Below are positions 1-6,158 of a stretch of 31,009 nt of DNA, piece after piece (position 1 is the stretch's first letter; the number at the start of each line of letters is the position of its first letter). The notes under the pieces were generated by a model, which saw nothing but the letters and a program-made list of their open reading frames with translations, searched no databases and had not been told where the DNA came from. Made by a program: the position numbers and the translations under genes. The DNA comes from a virus (lineage: Duplodnaviria > Heunggongvirae > Uroviricota > Caudoviricetes). The stretch lies in the IMG/VR virus record IMGVR_UViG_3300032117_000012, one strand, 5' to 3'.

Positions 1-107
1 AAAAATTTACGAAATGCATCCCGCCCTTTTTTGTCATATGTATTATGTTCGACACGATCAAACTTTTTAAGAGTGCCACGCATTCCCCGAGAAGTTGCTA
101 CTGTCAT
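1..107 (-). CDS. hypothetical protein, partial (runs off window start)
   Basis: Manual translation MTVATSRGMRGTLKKFDRVEHNTYDKKGRDAFRKF..., preceded by a GAGG Shine-Dalgarno. Confidence 0.6.
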   Translation of the reverse strand, partial: MTVATSRGMRGTLKKFDRVEHNTYDKKGRDAFRKF

Positions 108-127
108 ATCATATACCTCATAATAAA

Positions 128-213
128 TGGAGAACCGGCGGGGTAACGCTCCCACTTACGCCTTTCGAAACAGTTTTGCAGACTGTTGCAAGGACTTCCT
201 CACGCACCGGCTC
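128..213 (-). tRNA. tRNA-Cys(GCA), atypical (long variable region, possible 9/3 or 8/4 fold)
   Basis: Anticodon arm ACAGT-CTGCAAA-ACTGT; acceptor GAGCCGG/CCGGTTC; U73; encoded CCA. Confidence 0.8.
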
Positions 214-258
214 TGATTATATGTATATATTATACAAAACCCTATGTCAAGAAATATT

Positions 259-684
259 TCAGATAAAAACTTTCAAAGCTTTTAAGTCCTCTCCAACGTT
301 TTCTTCTTCGATTGGACCTATACCAAGACAAACCGTAGTAGGTTGACTAAATACCGTTACTCCGGCGTCAGTGACAAGCGAAGTTCCACATATATCTTTA
401 TATGCTGTTTGTAGTGTAACTAATTCCTCAATGGTTTCAACAGCTAAAGTTATTTTATATGCCTTCTCAGTATTTTGGTAAGCTAAAGCTTGCATAGCTG
501 CACCCCAATTAGCTGGGGTATGAGCATTAGCGCCACCGCAGTCTAATATAACAGAATGAATTGCATCCCAATATGAATGAAGATATGCATGGCCAGCCAT
601 CGAAGCTAATTTACCACGATTACCATTCATTTTCTTTACAGATTCTTTTGCAAAGATACAATACATCACAATTTTAGACATCAT
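259..684 (-). CDS. pth2: peptidyl-tRNA hydrolase, Pth2 family
   Basis: Motifs GKLASMAGHA, KITLAV, DAGVTVF..TTVCLGIGP match Pth2 (catalytic K, D, T present). Confidence 0.85.
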   Translation of the reverse strand: MMSKIVMYCIFAKESVKKMNGNRGKLASMAGHAYLHSYWDAIHSVILDCGGANAHTPANWGAAMQALAYQNTEKAYKITLAVETIEELVTLQTAYKDICGTSLVTDAGVTVFSQPTTVCLGIGPIEEENVGEDLKALKVFI

Positions 685-856
685 ATTTCCCTAATACCAA
701 CCGTTCAAATCCTCGTTTAGCTGCGGCCAAATCTTTCATGCCACATTCAAAACAAACTTCTTCACTATTAGGTCCATACGGACGAGTTTCTGCAATTTTA
801 TGACAAAGATCGCATACTCCATCATCCTCTGGTTGGATAATTCCAAATCTACTCAT
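674..856 (-). CDS. small Cys-rich (CxxC...CxxC) hypothetical protein
   Basis: CDLC..RPYGP..EVCFECG; overlaps the pth2 start. Confidence 0.7.
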   Translation of the reverse strand: MSRFGIIQPEDDGVCDLCHKIAETRPYGPNSEEVCFECGMKDLAAAKRGFERLVLGKYDV

Positions 857-872
857 AATAAATTCCTTAAAA

Positions 873-963
873 TGGTGCGCCCGTCGAGACTTGAACTCGA
901 ACCAACCCCTAATCTGGGCATCCGGGATATAAATCCGGTCGTGCTACCTTACACTACAAGCGC
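873..963 (-). tRNA. tRNA-Ile(TAT) with long variable arm
   Basis: Acceptor GCGCTTG/CGGGCGC, A73, CCA; anticodon loop TT-TAT-AT in stem CCGGA/CCCGG; T arm TCGAG-TTCAAGT-CTCGA. Confidence 0.75.
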
Positions 964-970
964 ATTAATT

Positions 971-1045
971 TGGTGCATCTTGAAGGTTACGCTCCTTCTA
1001 TTCCTGCGTGTCGGGCAGGTATGATAACTACTTCATCAAAGATGC
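971..1045 (-). tRNA. tRNA-Val(GAC)
   Basis: GCATCTT/AAGATGC acceptor, A73, CCA; CCTGC-CC-GAC-AC-GCAGG anticodon arm (C33 rather than U33); T loop AGCGTAA. Confidence 0.8.
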
Positions 1046-1060
1046 ATTCATTATATAAAC

Positions 1061-1122
1061 TGTGGGCTGATATGCGACTTTATATCAGTTTCCCTTGACT
1101 ACCTCTAGGCGCTGTCAAGACC
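1061..1122 (-). ncRNA. candidate small two-hairpin RNA between tRNA-His and tRNA-Val
   Basis: Two perfect stems, CTTGAC/GTCAAG (1094-1119) and CTGATAT/ATATCAG (1067-1088), joined by GGAAA on the minus strand; no ORF. Confidence 0.3.
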
Positions 1123-1128
1123 ATTTTC

Positions 1129-1204
1129 TGGGGTGGTTAACGGGTAACGATCCCGTCACTTCGGCTTCACAGGCCGACATGTATCCATCAACACCTTAAC
1201 CACC
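1129..1204 (-). tRNA. tRNA-His(GTG)
   Basis: G-1, GTGGTTA/TAACCAC, C73, CCA; TCGGC-CT-GTG-AA-GCCGA; T loop ATCGTTA. Confidence 0.9.
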
Positions 1205-1214
1205 ATAAAATATT

Positions 1215-1302
1215 TGGAGGACATTGTGGGTTCGAATCCCACTATGCTCTTTCGAGAACGGATTAAGAGTCCGTTGCTTTCAACCTATTCCGCCATATGT
1301 CC
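1215..1302 (-). tRNA. tRNA-Lys(CTT) with long variable arm
   Basis: GGACATA/AATGTCC acceptor, CCA; ACGGA-CT-CTT-AA-TCCGT; variable hairpin CTC-GAAA-GAG; T arm GTGGG-ATTCGAA-CCCAC. Confidence 0.75.
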
Positions 1303-1455
1303 ATTTAAATCTCTAATATTTGGTGACGTTCTGCGTATATGATCACTAAACTTTTCACCATAAATACTTTCTGTTCTTACCCCGTTGATTTTCCACGGCT
1401 TACACGCCGTACATCCAGATCGTTGATTTTTACTTTTACCTCTTTTATGATGCAT
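1285..1455 (-). CDS. small basic hypothetical protein (MHHKRGK..GCTACKPWK)
   Basis: ATG at 1455 after GAGGG; the longer ORF-track start lies inside tRNA-Arg; 3' end overlaps the 5' end of tRNA-Lys. Confidence 0.6.
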   Translation of the reverse strand: MHHKRGKSKNQRSGCTACKPWKINGVRTESIYGEKFSDHIRRTSPNIRDLNGHMAE

Positions 1456-1473
1456 ATTTCCCTCATAAAATAA

Positions 1474-1555
1474 TGGTGCCCTAGGAGGGACTCGAACCCC
1501 CATACTCCAATTACGGCGTTGATGACCGCTTAGAAGGCGGGACCGATACTAGGGC
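1474..1555 (-). tRNA. tRNA-Arg(TCT)-like, D-arm absent
   Basis: Perfect GCCCTAG/CTAGGGC acceptor, A73, CCA; CCGC-CT-TCT-AA-GCGG; canonical T loop TTCGAGT; only 7 nt between acceptor and anticodon stems. Confidence 0.7.
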
Positions 1556-1562
1556 ATTAAAA

Positions 1563-1754
1563 TTAAATCTTATCAAAAATATCGTCAATAATAACCATAT
1601 CAATCCCATGATCACGATCATTTTTAACCACACCTCTTCGAATATTAATTTTATATTCGATCAATGCTTCACGTATAACTTCTATTTCAATATTTGTAAA
1701 TTCTTTAATAATTTGTTTACTTTGATTGGTGATGTCAACAATATTCGACATCAC
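1563..1754 (-). CDS. hypothetical protein
   Basis: 63-aa ORF, ATGA-coupled to upstream ORF. Confidence 0.6.
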   Translation of the reverse strand: MMSNIVDITNQSKQIIKEFTNIEIEVIREALIEYKINIRRGVVKNDRDHGIDMVIIDDIFDKI

Positions 1755-1918
1755 AAGCTCTCCAAAAAATTATTAGCACTATCCATCCAATCCATAACTT
1801 CTGGTTGAAGTTCTTCTCCTTGGCGTTTAGCATTAATCAATTCACAAAAACGAGTTTCGATTATTGTGCGATTTTCATGCTTAAGATCTGGAAACTTGAA
1901 AACAAGAACTTCAGTCAT
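1751..1918 (-). CDS. hypothetical protein
   Basis: Start MTEV.. follows AGGAG; 55 aa. Confidence 0.6.
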   Translation of the reverse strand: MTEVLVFKFPDLKHENRTIIETRFCELINAKRQGEELQPEVMDWMDSANNFLESL

Positions 1919-1992
1919 AACTAGAACTCCTACACTCAAAATATAACGGAGGGTTCCTCAATCATTAAATGATCCCCACCCACAATGAAAAC

Positions 1993-2069
1993 TGGCTCCC
2001 TAAACAGGATTCGAACCTGTAACAATCTGATTAACAGTCAGACGCCAGTACCAATCCGGCCCCTAGGGA
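1993..2069 (-). tRNA. tRNA-Asn(GTT)
   Basis: Near-canonical cloverleaf, TCTGA-CT-GTT-AA-TCAGA, TTCGAAT T loop, G73, CCA. Confidence 0.92.
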
Positions 2070-2086
2070 ATAAAACTTTCTAACTC

Positions 2087-2115
2087 TATATATAGTAGAA
2101 TTTACTATATGTCAA
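2087..2115 (-). promoter_or_regulatory. sigma70-type promoter for the tRNA cluster
   Basis: TTGACA-N17-TATATA directly upstream of tRNA-Asn. Confidence 0.65.
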
Positions 2116-2129
2116 CATATTTTTTTCTA

Positions 2130-2360
2130 TTATCCCATCAAAAGAGATGTGCCAAGAGCAAGAGCATCGTGAAAAGATAAATCAATATTACTTTTATATG
2201 TGGTAATATCGTTTTCTATTAGTTCATTTTGATATAAGCCATTCCCCAAATAATTTGTTCTTACTACTACATGGGCAAACAAATTATTGGTAACAATCAA
2301 CTTCAGTACAATTTCCCGGTCCAGTTCATTCATCCCTCGAACATATTCGATGTTAATCAT
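2130..2360 (-). CDS. hypothetical protein
   Basis: 76-aa ORF with GAGGAG SD, downstream of a consensus promoter. Confidence 0.75.
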   Translation of the reverse strand: MINIEYVRGMNELDREIVLKLIVTNNLFAHVVVRTNYLGNGLYQNELIENDITTYKSNIDLSFHDALALGTSLLMG

Positions 2361-2384
2361 AAACTATCTCCTCTTGATGTGGCT

Positions 2385-2413
2385 ATTATACAAGAAGGGA
2401 GTATATGTGTCAA
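2385..2413 (-). promoter_or_regulatory. perfect sigma70 consensus (early) promoter
   Basis: TTGACA-N17-TATAAT. Confidence 0.85.
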
Positions 2414-2425
2414 CCATTAAAAACA

Positions 2426-2433
2426 CATAAATA
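2426..2433 (+). promoter_or_regulatory. T4-type late promoter (CATAAATA)
   Basis: One-base variant of the T4 gp55 consensus TATAAATA, 23 nt upstream of the ART1 start; the same octamer recurs before other late-looking genes. Confidence 0.65.
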
Positions 2434-2456
2434 TCAAAAATCGGAGATATATTTTA

Positions 2457-3275
2457 ATGAAATCGTTCAAATCATTTATCAAATCATTTATCAAAAAAGC
2501 TATCTTAATAACTGCTGTGCCTACCCATGGCAAGCATGCCCAAGAAAAGCCACCAATTATAACGGCAGAACCTGTTCATGGTAAACATGCTATAAAAGAA
2601 GACAATGACGCTTATTATGATTGGAATTACCATAACGATAATAGTCATCTTGGCAAAGATACACAAGACGTTCATAATAAAATAAATCTATCTACGAATC
2701 AATTTAAAAAGAAACATGGATCAGCTAGTGTCGAACATCTCCATAATTATTCAGCATTTAGTCAAGATACTAATAGACACCTCATTCATAAAGCTGTAGG
2801 AGGAAAATCCCCCTTTGAAAATAATCTTGGACTGGATCCTGTCAAAAGAGAATCCAATGCTAAAGATATGGTTCATGGAGTTGATCATGCATTAAAAAAT
2901 TCCAAACTTGACCATGATTTACATGTGTATCATGGAACTAATACATGGCACCCCGGAGAAGAATCGGCTAAACATTCAGAAGGTATAGTGCATTTACCTA
3001 CATATTTATCAACTTCGATTAGTAAATCTGTAGGTGTTGATTATACTCATCCACATACTAAATTAGAAAATAAAGGTCATCATATTCTCCATATTCACCT
3101 CAAAAAAGGTCAACATGGGGCATATCTTGGTAACAATTCTTGTTTTGATGGAGAACATGAATTTCTGATGCCAAGAGATACAAAATTAAAGATTCATCCA
3201 GAACCAACTAAACTTAAATATGATGGTAATGATTTACATGTATGGCATGCACACGTAGTAGACAACGAGGAATAA
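2457..3275 (+). CDS. ADP-ribosyltransferase (VIP2/Alt-like exoenzyme fold), His-rich, probable virion-internal protein
   Basis: LHVYHG..YLSTS..EHEFLMPR resembles the R-STS-ExE signature with His in place of Arg. Confidence 0.8.
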   Translation: MKSFKSFIKSFIKKAILITAVPTHGKHAQEKPPIITAEPVHGKHAIKEDNDAYYDWNYHNDNSHLGKDTQDVHNKINLSTNQFKKKHGSASVEHLHNYSAFSQDTNRHLIHKAVGGKSPFENNLGLDPVKRESNAKDMVHGVDHALKNSKLDHDLHVYHGTNTWHPGEESAKHSEGIVHLPTYLSTSISKSVGVDYTHPHTKLENKGHHILHIHLKKGQHGAYLGNNSCFDGEHEFLMPRDTKLKIHPEPTKLKYDGNDLHVWHAHVVDNEE

Positions 3276-3277
3276 AT

Positions 3278-4150
3278 ATGAAGAATTTTAAAGATTACAT
3301 GGTAGCTAATGAATTTGATGGTATTCCATTAATGCCAATTCCTACTCACGGAAAACATTCCATCCCATCTGATTCGGAAGAAGATGATAAAATACCGATG
3401 ATACCTGATATGGTACACGGTAAGCATTCATTTAAAGAAGAAAATGAGCATAATTTTCCTCCTGTCACAAAATCGGCAGCATGGTCTAGCCATAGCAATA
3501 ATGAAAATTCTCATTTAGGAAACAATGTAGAAGAGGTGCATCAAAAATTAGACATGCCTCGTGAAAAATTCGAATCGACTCCCTCATATGACCACGTACA
3601 TAATTATACTTGTAGCTCTAATAGATTAAATAAAAATCTTATTAAAAAAGCTAAAGGAATGGATCCATTTAAAAGTGAAAAATGGGAAGACTCTGGTGTT
3701 AGACGAGATAAAAGACATCTAAAACAAGTTCATAACGAAAAAGTAAAGGACATAGACGAAGCATTAAAACATCATACTCTTGACCATGATTTACATGTAT
3801 ACCATGGAACAGACGCTTTTAATCCAGATGAATTAGCCAAACAACATCCACAAAGAAAAATTAAATCAGCTGCATATATGTCAACATCTATCGACAAAGA
3901 GAAAGCTATGGGGTTTGCTGGTAAAGAGCCGGGAAATGCGGAACCATATCAGAGTGCCCATAGTGATTCCCATATTCTGCACGTTCATCTCAAAAAAGGA
4001 CAACATGGAATGTATTTGGGTAGTCATAGTAATTTTGAAAAAGAAAAAGAATTTCTACTTCCTAGAAATACCACAATGAAAGTTCATCCAGAGCCAACTG
4101 TTATGGATAACGGAGTGAAGGTATGGCATGCACATGTGGTAGGGCGTTAA
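3278..4150 (+). CDS. ADP-ribosyltransferase paralog 2, His-rich
   Basis: LHVYHG..YMSTS..EKEFLLPR; start MKNFKDYM at 3278 after GAGG; shares DHDLHVYHGT, HLKKGQHG, HPEPT and VWHAHVV with the upstream paralog. Confidence 0.8.
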   Translation: MKNFKDYMVANEFDGIPLMPIPTHGKHSIPSDSEEDDKIPMIPDMVHGKHSFKEENEHNFPPVTKSAAWSSHSNNENSHLGNNVEEVHQKLDMPREKFESTPSYDHVHNYTCSSNRLNKNLIKKAKGMDPFKSEKWEDSGVRRDKRHLKQVHNEKVKDIDEALKHHTLDHDLHVYHGTDAFNPDELAKQHPQRKIKSAAYMSTSIDKEKAMGFAGKEPGNAEPYQSAHSDSHILHVHLKKGQHGMYLGSHSNFEKEKEFLLPRNTTMKVHPEPTVMDNGVKVWHAHVVGR

Positions 4151-4470
4151 GCGGTTTCATCCTGCATTTCGAGGCCGTTCCACCATACTAGTCCATAAAA
4201 TCTTTTCAAAATCTTGTCTTTTACACTATTCTTAAAATTCGGATAACTTATTTTATTGATGATCGATTCTGATATAATATGGGCGAACAATTTTTTGCTC
4301 ACACTAATACGATATGCATAATCGGAATTAGGAACCGTGTAAATTTCATTAATTCTTTCAGGGAAAACCGCTTCTAGGTGTTCCTTTCGTCGTGCCCTTA
4401 CCATAAGAAAATCATGGTCATTACGATCTTCGACCGCAGATAAAAATCCATTATTCAAACAAATCCACAT
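4147..4470 (-). CDS. conserved-looking hypothetical protein (MWICLNNGFLS..LMVRARR..DYAYR)
   Basis: 107-aa ORF 12 nt downstream of the kinase-like gene; SD overlaps that gene's stop codon. Confidence 0.75.
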   Translation of the reverse strand: MWICLNNGFLSAVEDRNDHDFLMVRARRKEHLEAVFPERINEIYTVPNSDYAYRISVSKKLFAHIISESIINKISYPNFKNSVKDKILKRFYGLVWWNGLEMQDETA

Positions 4471-4482
4471 TATAAAAATTCC

Positions 4483-5181
4483 TCATTTATAAGAAGCTAT
4501 CAATGCCTCTTTACGTTTATTAAAGTTATGGTGTAATTCTTTCCAATTGTCAAGCCCTGATGTAGAAAAAAGGTGATGTATGTGTTTATCGTCAATATTT
4601 TTAACAGCTTCTAACCCATGTTTTTCAGCTTCAGGATGATGCTTAAACACTGTGCTAAACACATGACCAGACGCTTCATTATTGTTTCGTAAAGAATTCT
4701 TTTCAGCTATATCCGGACCATATTCTTTACCACCACCTCTAGCCCGAAAATGGAAAGATCCCCCATGATCTATTGCATGGAGGTTTCCAGTTTTATCATT
4801 ATGAACAATATTATCATGCTCTAGCCCAACGATATCCCAATTTTTAGTCAATGTTGCGGCATGATACATTTTTCCAATTTGATTAGCTTGGTGGTGATTA
4901 AGATTTTCAAATTCTTTTGGTTTCATTTGTCTAACATCTGAGTTCCATTTTGTCTTAATTCCAGATTTTTCGTGCATCTCTGGATTAACTGTATGAATTC
5001 CCATATGGTTATAAATTTTACCAGTAAGAGCCTCAGTCTTAGCTTGATCTGGATTAGCATAATGCTTTACATAAAACTTATCACCTGTTTTACTATCCTG
5101 ATGTACACCACCGGGATTCGATCCATATTGTGTACCTGAGACAGGTTTAAGTTCTTCTAAAAACATACGAAAAGATTTCAT
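4483..5181 (-). CDS. protein-kinase-like (HipA/PI3-PI4K-like) protein, His-rich
   Basis: Gly loop GSNPGG, FYVK, helix-C E (KTE), catalytic-loop-like NWDIVGLEHDNI, DFG-equivalent IDHG; start MKSF at 5181 after AAGGAG. Confidence 0.65.
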   Translation of the reverse strand: MKSFRMFLEELKPVSGTQYGSNPGGVHQDSKTGDKFYVKHYANPDQAKTEALTGKIYNHMGIHTVNPEMHEKSGIKTKWNSDVRQMKPKEFENLNHHQANQIGKMYHAATLTKNWDIVGLEHDNIVHNDKTGNLHAIDHGGSFHFRARGGGKEYGPDIAEKNSLRNNNEASGHVFSTVFKHHPEAEKHGLEAVKNIDDKHIHHLFSTSGLDNWKELHHNFNKRKEALIASYK

Positions 5182-5198
5182 GAAATTCTCCTTTCTCA

Positions 5199-5206
5199 TA
5201 TTTATG
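5199..5206 (-). promoter_or_regulatory. T4-type late promoter (CATAAATA)
   Basis: 17 nt upstream of the kinase-like gene start. Confidence 0.65.
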
Positions 5207-5357
5207 AGAATTGAACTTCCTTGGCTTTTCCTTCTTTAACCTCTTTTCTTCGTTTAGATTGTTCTTTTCCTACGGCGGGATCCCTAATACTAATCCCGCC
5301 ACTCCATTCATGGATATCCAACAATACACCTTTATAATTAGTATATTCATTCAACAC
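5202..5357 (-). CDS. possible 51-aa hypothetical protein (GTG start)
   Basis: Manual translation; fills the gap and overlaps the upstream stop; contains an 8-bp GC-rich hairpin at 5274-5300. Confidence 0.4.
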   Translation of the reverse strand: MLNEYTNYKGVLLDIHEWSGGISIRDPAVGKEQSKRRKEVKEGKAKEVQFS

Positions 5358-5547
5358 TTAGAAAATCCCGGTATGGAAAAGGAATAGGCTCTGGGTAAGA
5401 CGGAAATTTAATATAAACTGGTGCCCACAATATCACATGGGATTTGGTAATACTATCTACAACCCCAATTTCGTCTCCAATAAACGGCATAGGATACCGA
5501 CCATCGCTTCTTTTATTTTGGATAACTTTGTCACCAACTTTAACCAT
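5347..5547 (-). CDS. hypothetical protein (SH3/KOW-like, KVGDKV)
   Basis: 66-aa ORF with GAGGAG SD. Confidence 0.75.
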   Translation of the reverse strand: MVKVGDKVIQNKRSDGRYPMPFIGDEIGVVDSITKSHVILWAPVYIKFPSYPEPIPFPYRDFLSVE

Positions 5548-5571
5548 GATCTATCTCCTCTTGATGTATTT

Positions 5572-5599
5572 CTTATACCATATTTTAAAAATATGTCAA
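5572..5599 (-). promoter_or_regulatory. sigma70-type promoter with palindromic spacer
   Basis: TTGACA-N16-TATAAG with TG extension; near-duplicate of the element at 6123-6145. Confidence 0.6.
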
Positions 5600-5604
5600 T
5601 ATAA

Positions 5605-6090
5605 TTATCGAGGCAATTGTGTATTTTTTGTTTCTCTATAATCTCCAAATGAATGATCGAATTTAAATTCATATAGAAAATAAACGTTGCGAGCATAATC
5701 AGGTACAATACCGGGAGTAAATTCATATCCTAGCTGTTTAACTAACGCTTTCATAATTTGTTTGTCGTCTGTAGACATCTTACGTTCTTCTGGTAGGATT
5801 TGTCCCTCTTCGCCTACAGCAGGATGCGTATGTATAAAATACAACATACGACTATCATCTTCCCATGGAAGAGTCACACTTACACTAGAATCATTAAAAG
5901 AGGTGAAAATATTTGTAACTTTACAAATACCTTTGGATTCGTAAATAATAAATCCATGCTCAAACCCATCTTCATGTGCCAACCTAGACGCTTCAATTGA
6001 CTTTTCCATAAGAAGAGGTTGTGCATCACAAGCATATGCAGTGCTGGAACTAACAATAAGCAAAGTCATCCCTAAAATCATTTTAAACAT
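5605..6090 (-). CDS. signal-peptide protein with JAB/MPN-like motif
   Basis: N-terminal MFKMILGMTLLIVSSSTAYA; EHGFII..IHTHP..MSTDD resembles E..HxH..SxxD. Confidence 0.55.
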   Translation of the reverse strand: MFKMILGMTLLIVSSSTAYACDAQPLLMEKSIEASRLAHEDGFEHGFIIYESKGICKVTNIFTSFNDSSVSVTLPWEDDSRMLYFIHTHPAVGEEGQILPEERKMSTDDKQIMKALVKQLGYEFTPGIVPDYARNVYFLYEFKFDHSFGDYRETKNTQLPR

Positions 6091-6116
6091 AATATACTCT
6101 CCTAATCAATGATTAT

Positions 6117-6144
6117 ACGTTACCATATTTTTAAAATATGTCAA
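6117..6144 (-). promoter_or_regulatory. sigma70-type promoter with palindromic spacer
   Basis: TTGACA-N16-TAACGT; 22 of 23 nt (6123-6145) match 5578-5600. Confidence 0.5.
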
Positions 6145-6158
6145 TAGATATTTTCAAA

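Noticed and set aside
95-1024. Plus-strand ORFs 95..346 and 800..1024
   Set aside because: They are antisense to tRNA genes and pth2, with no SD or protein-like features
1940-1992. Short hairpins downstream of tRNA-Asn
   Set aside because: The 4-5 bp stems are too weak to distinguish from chance
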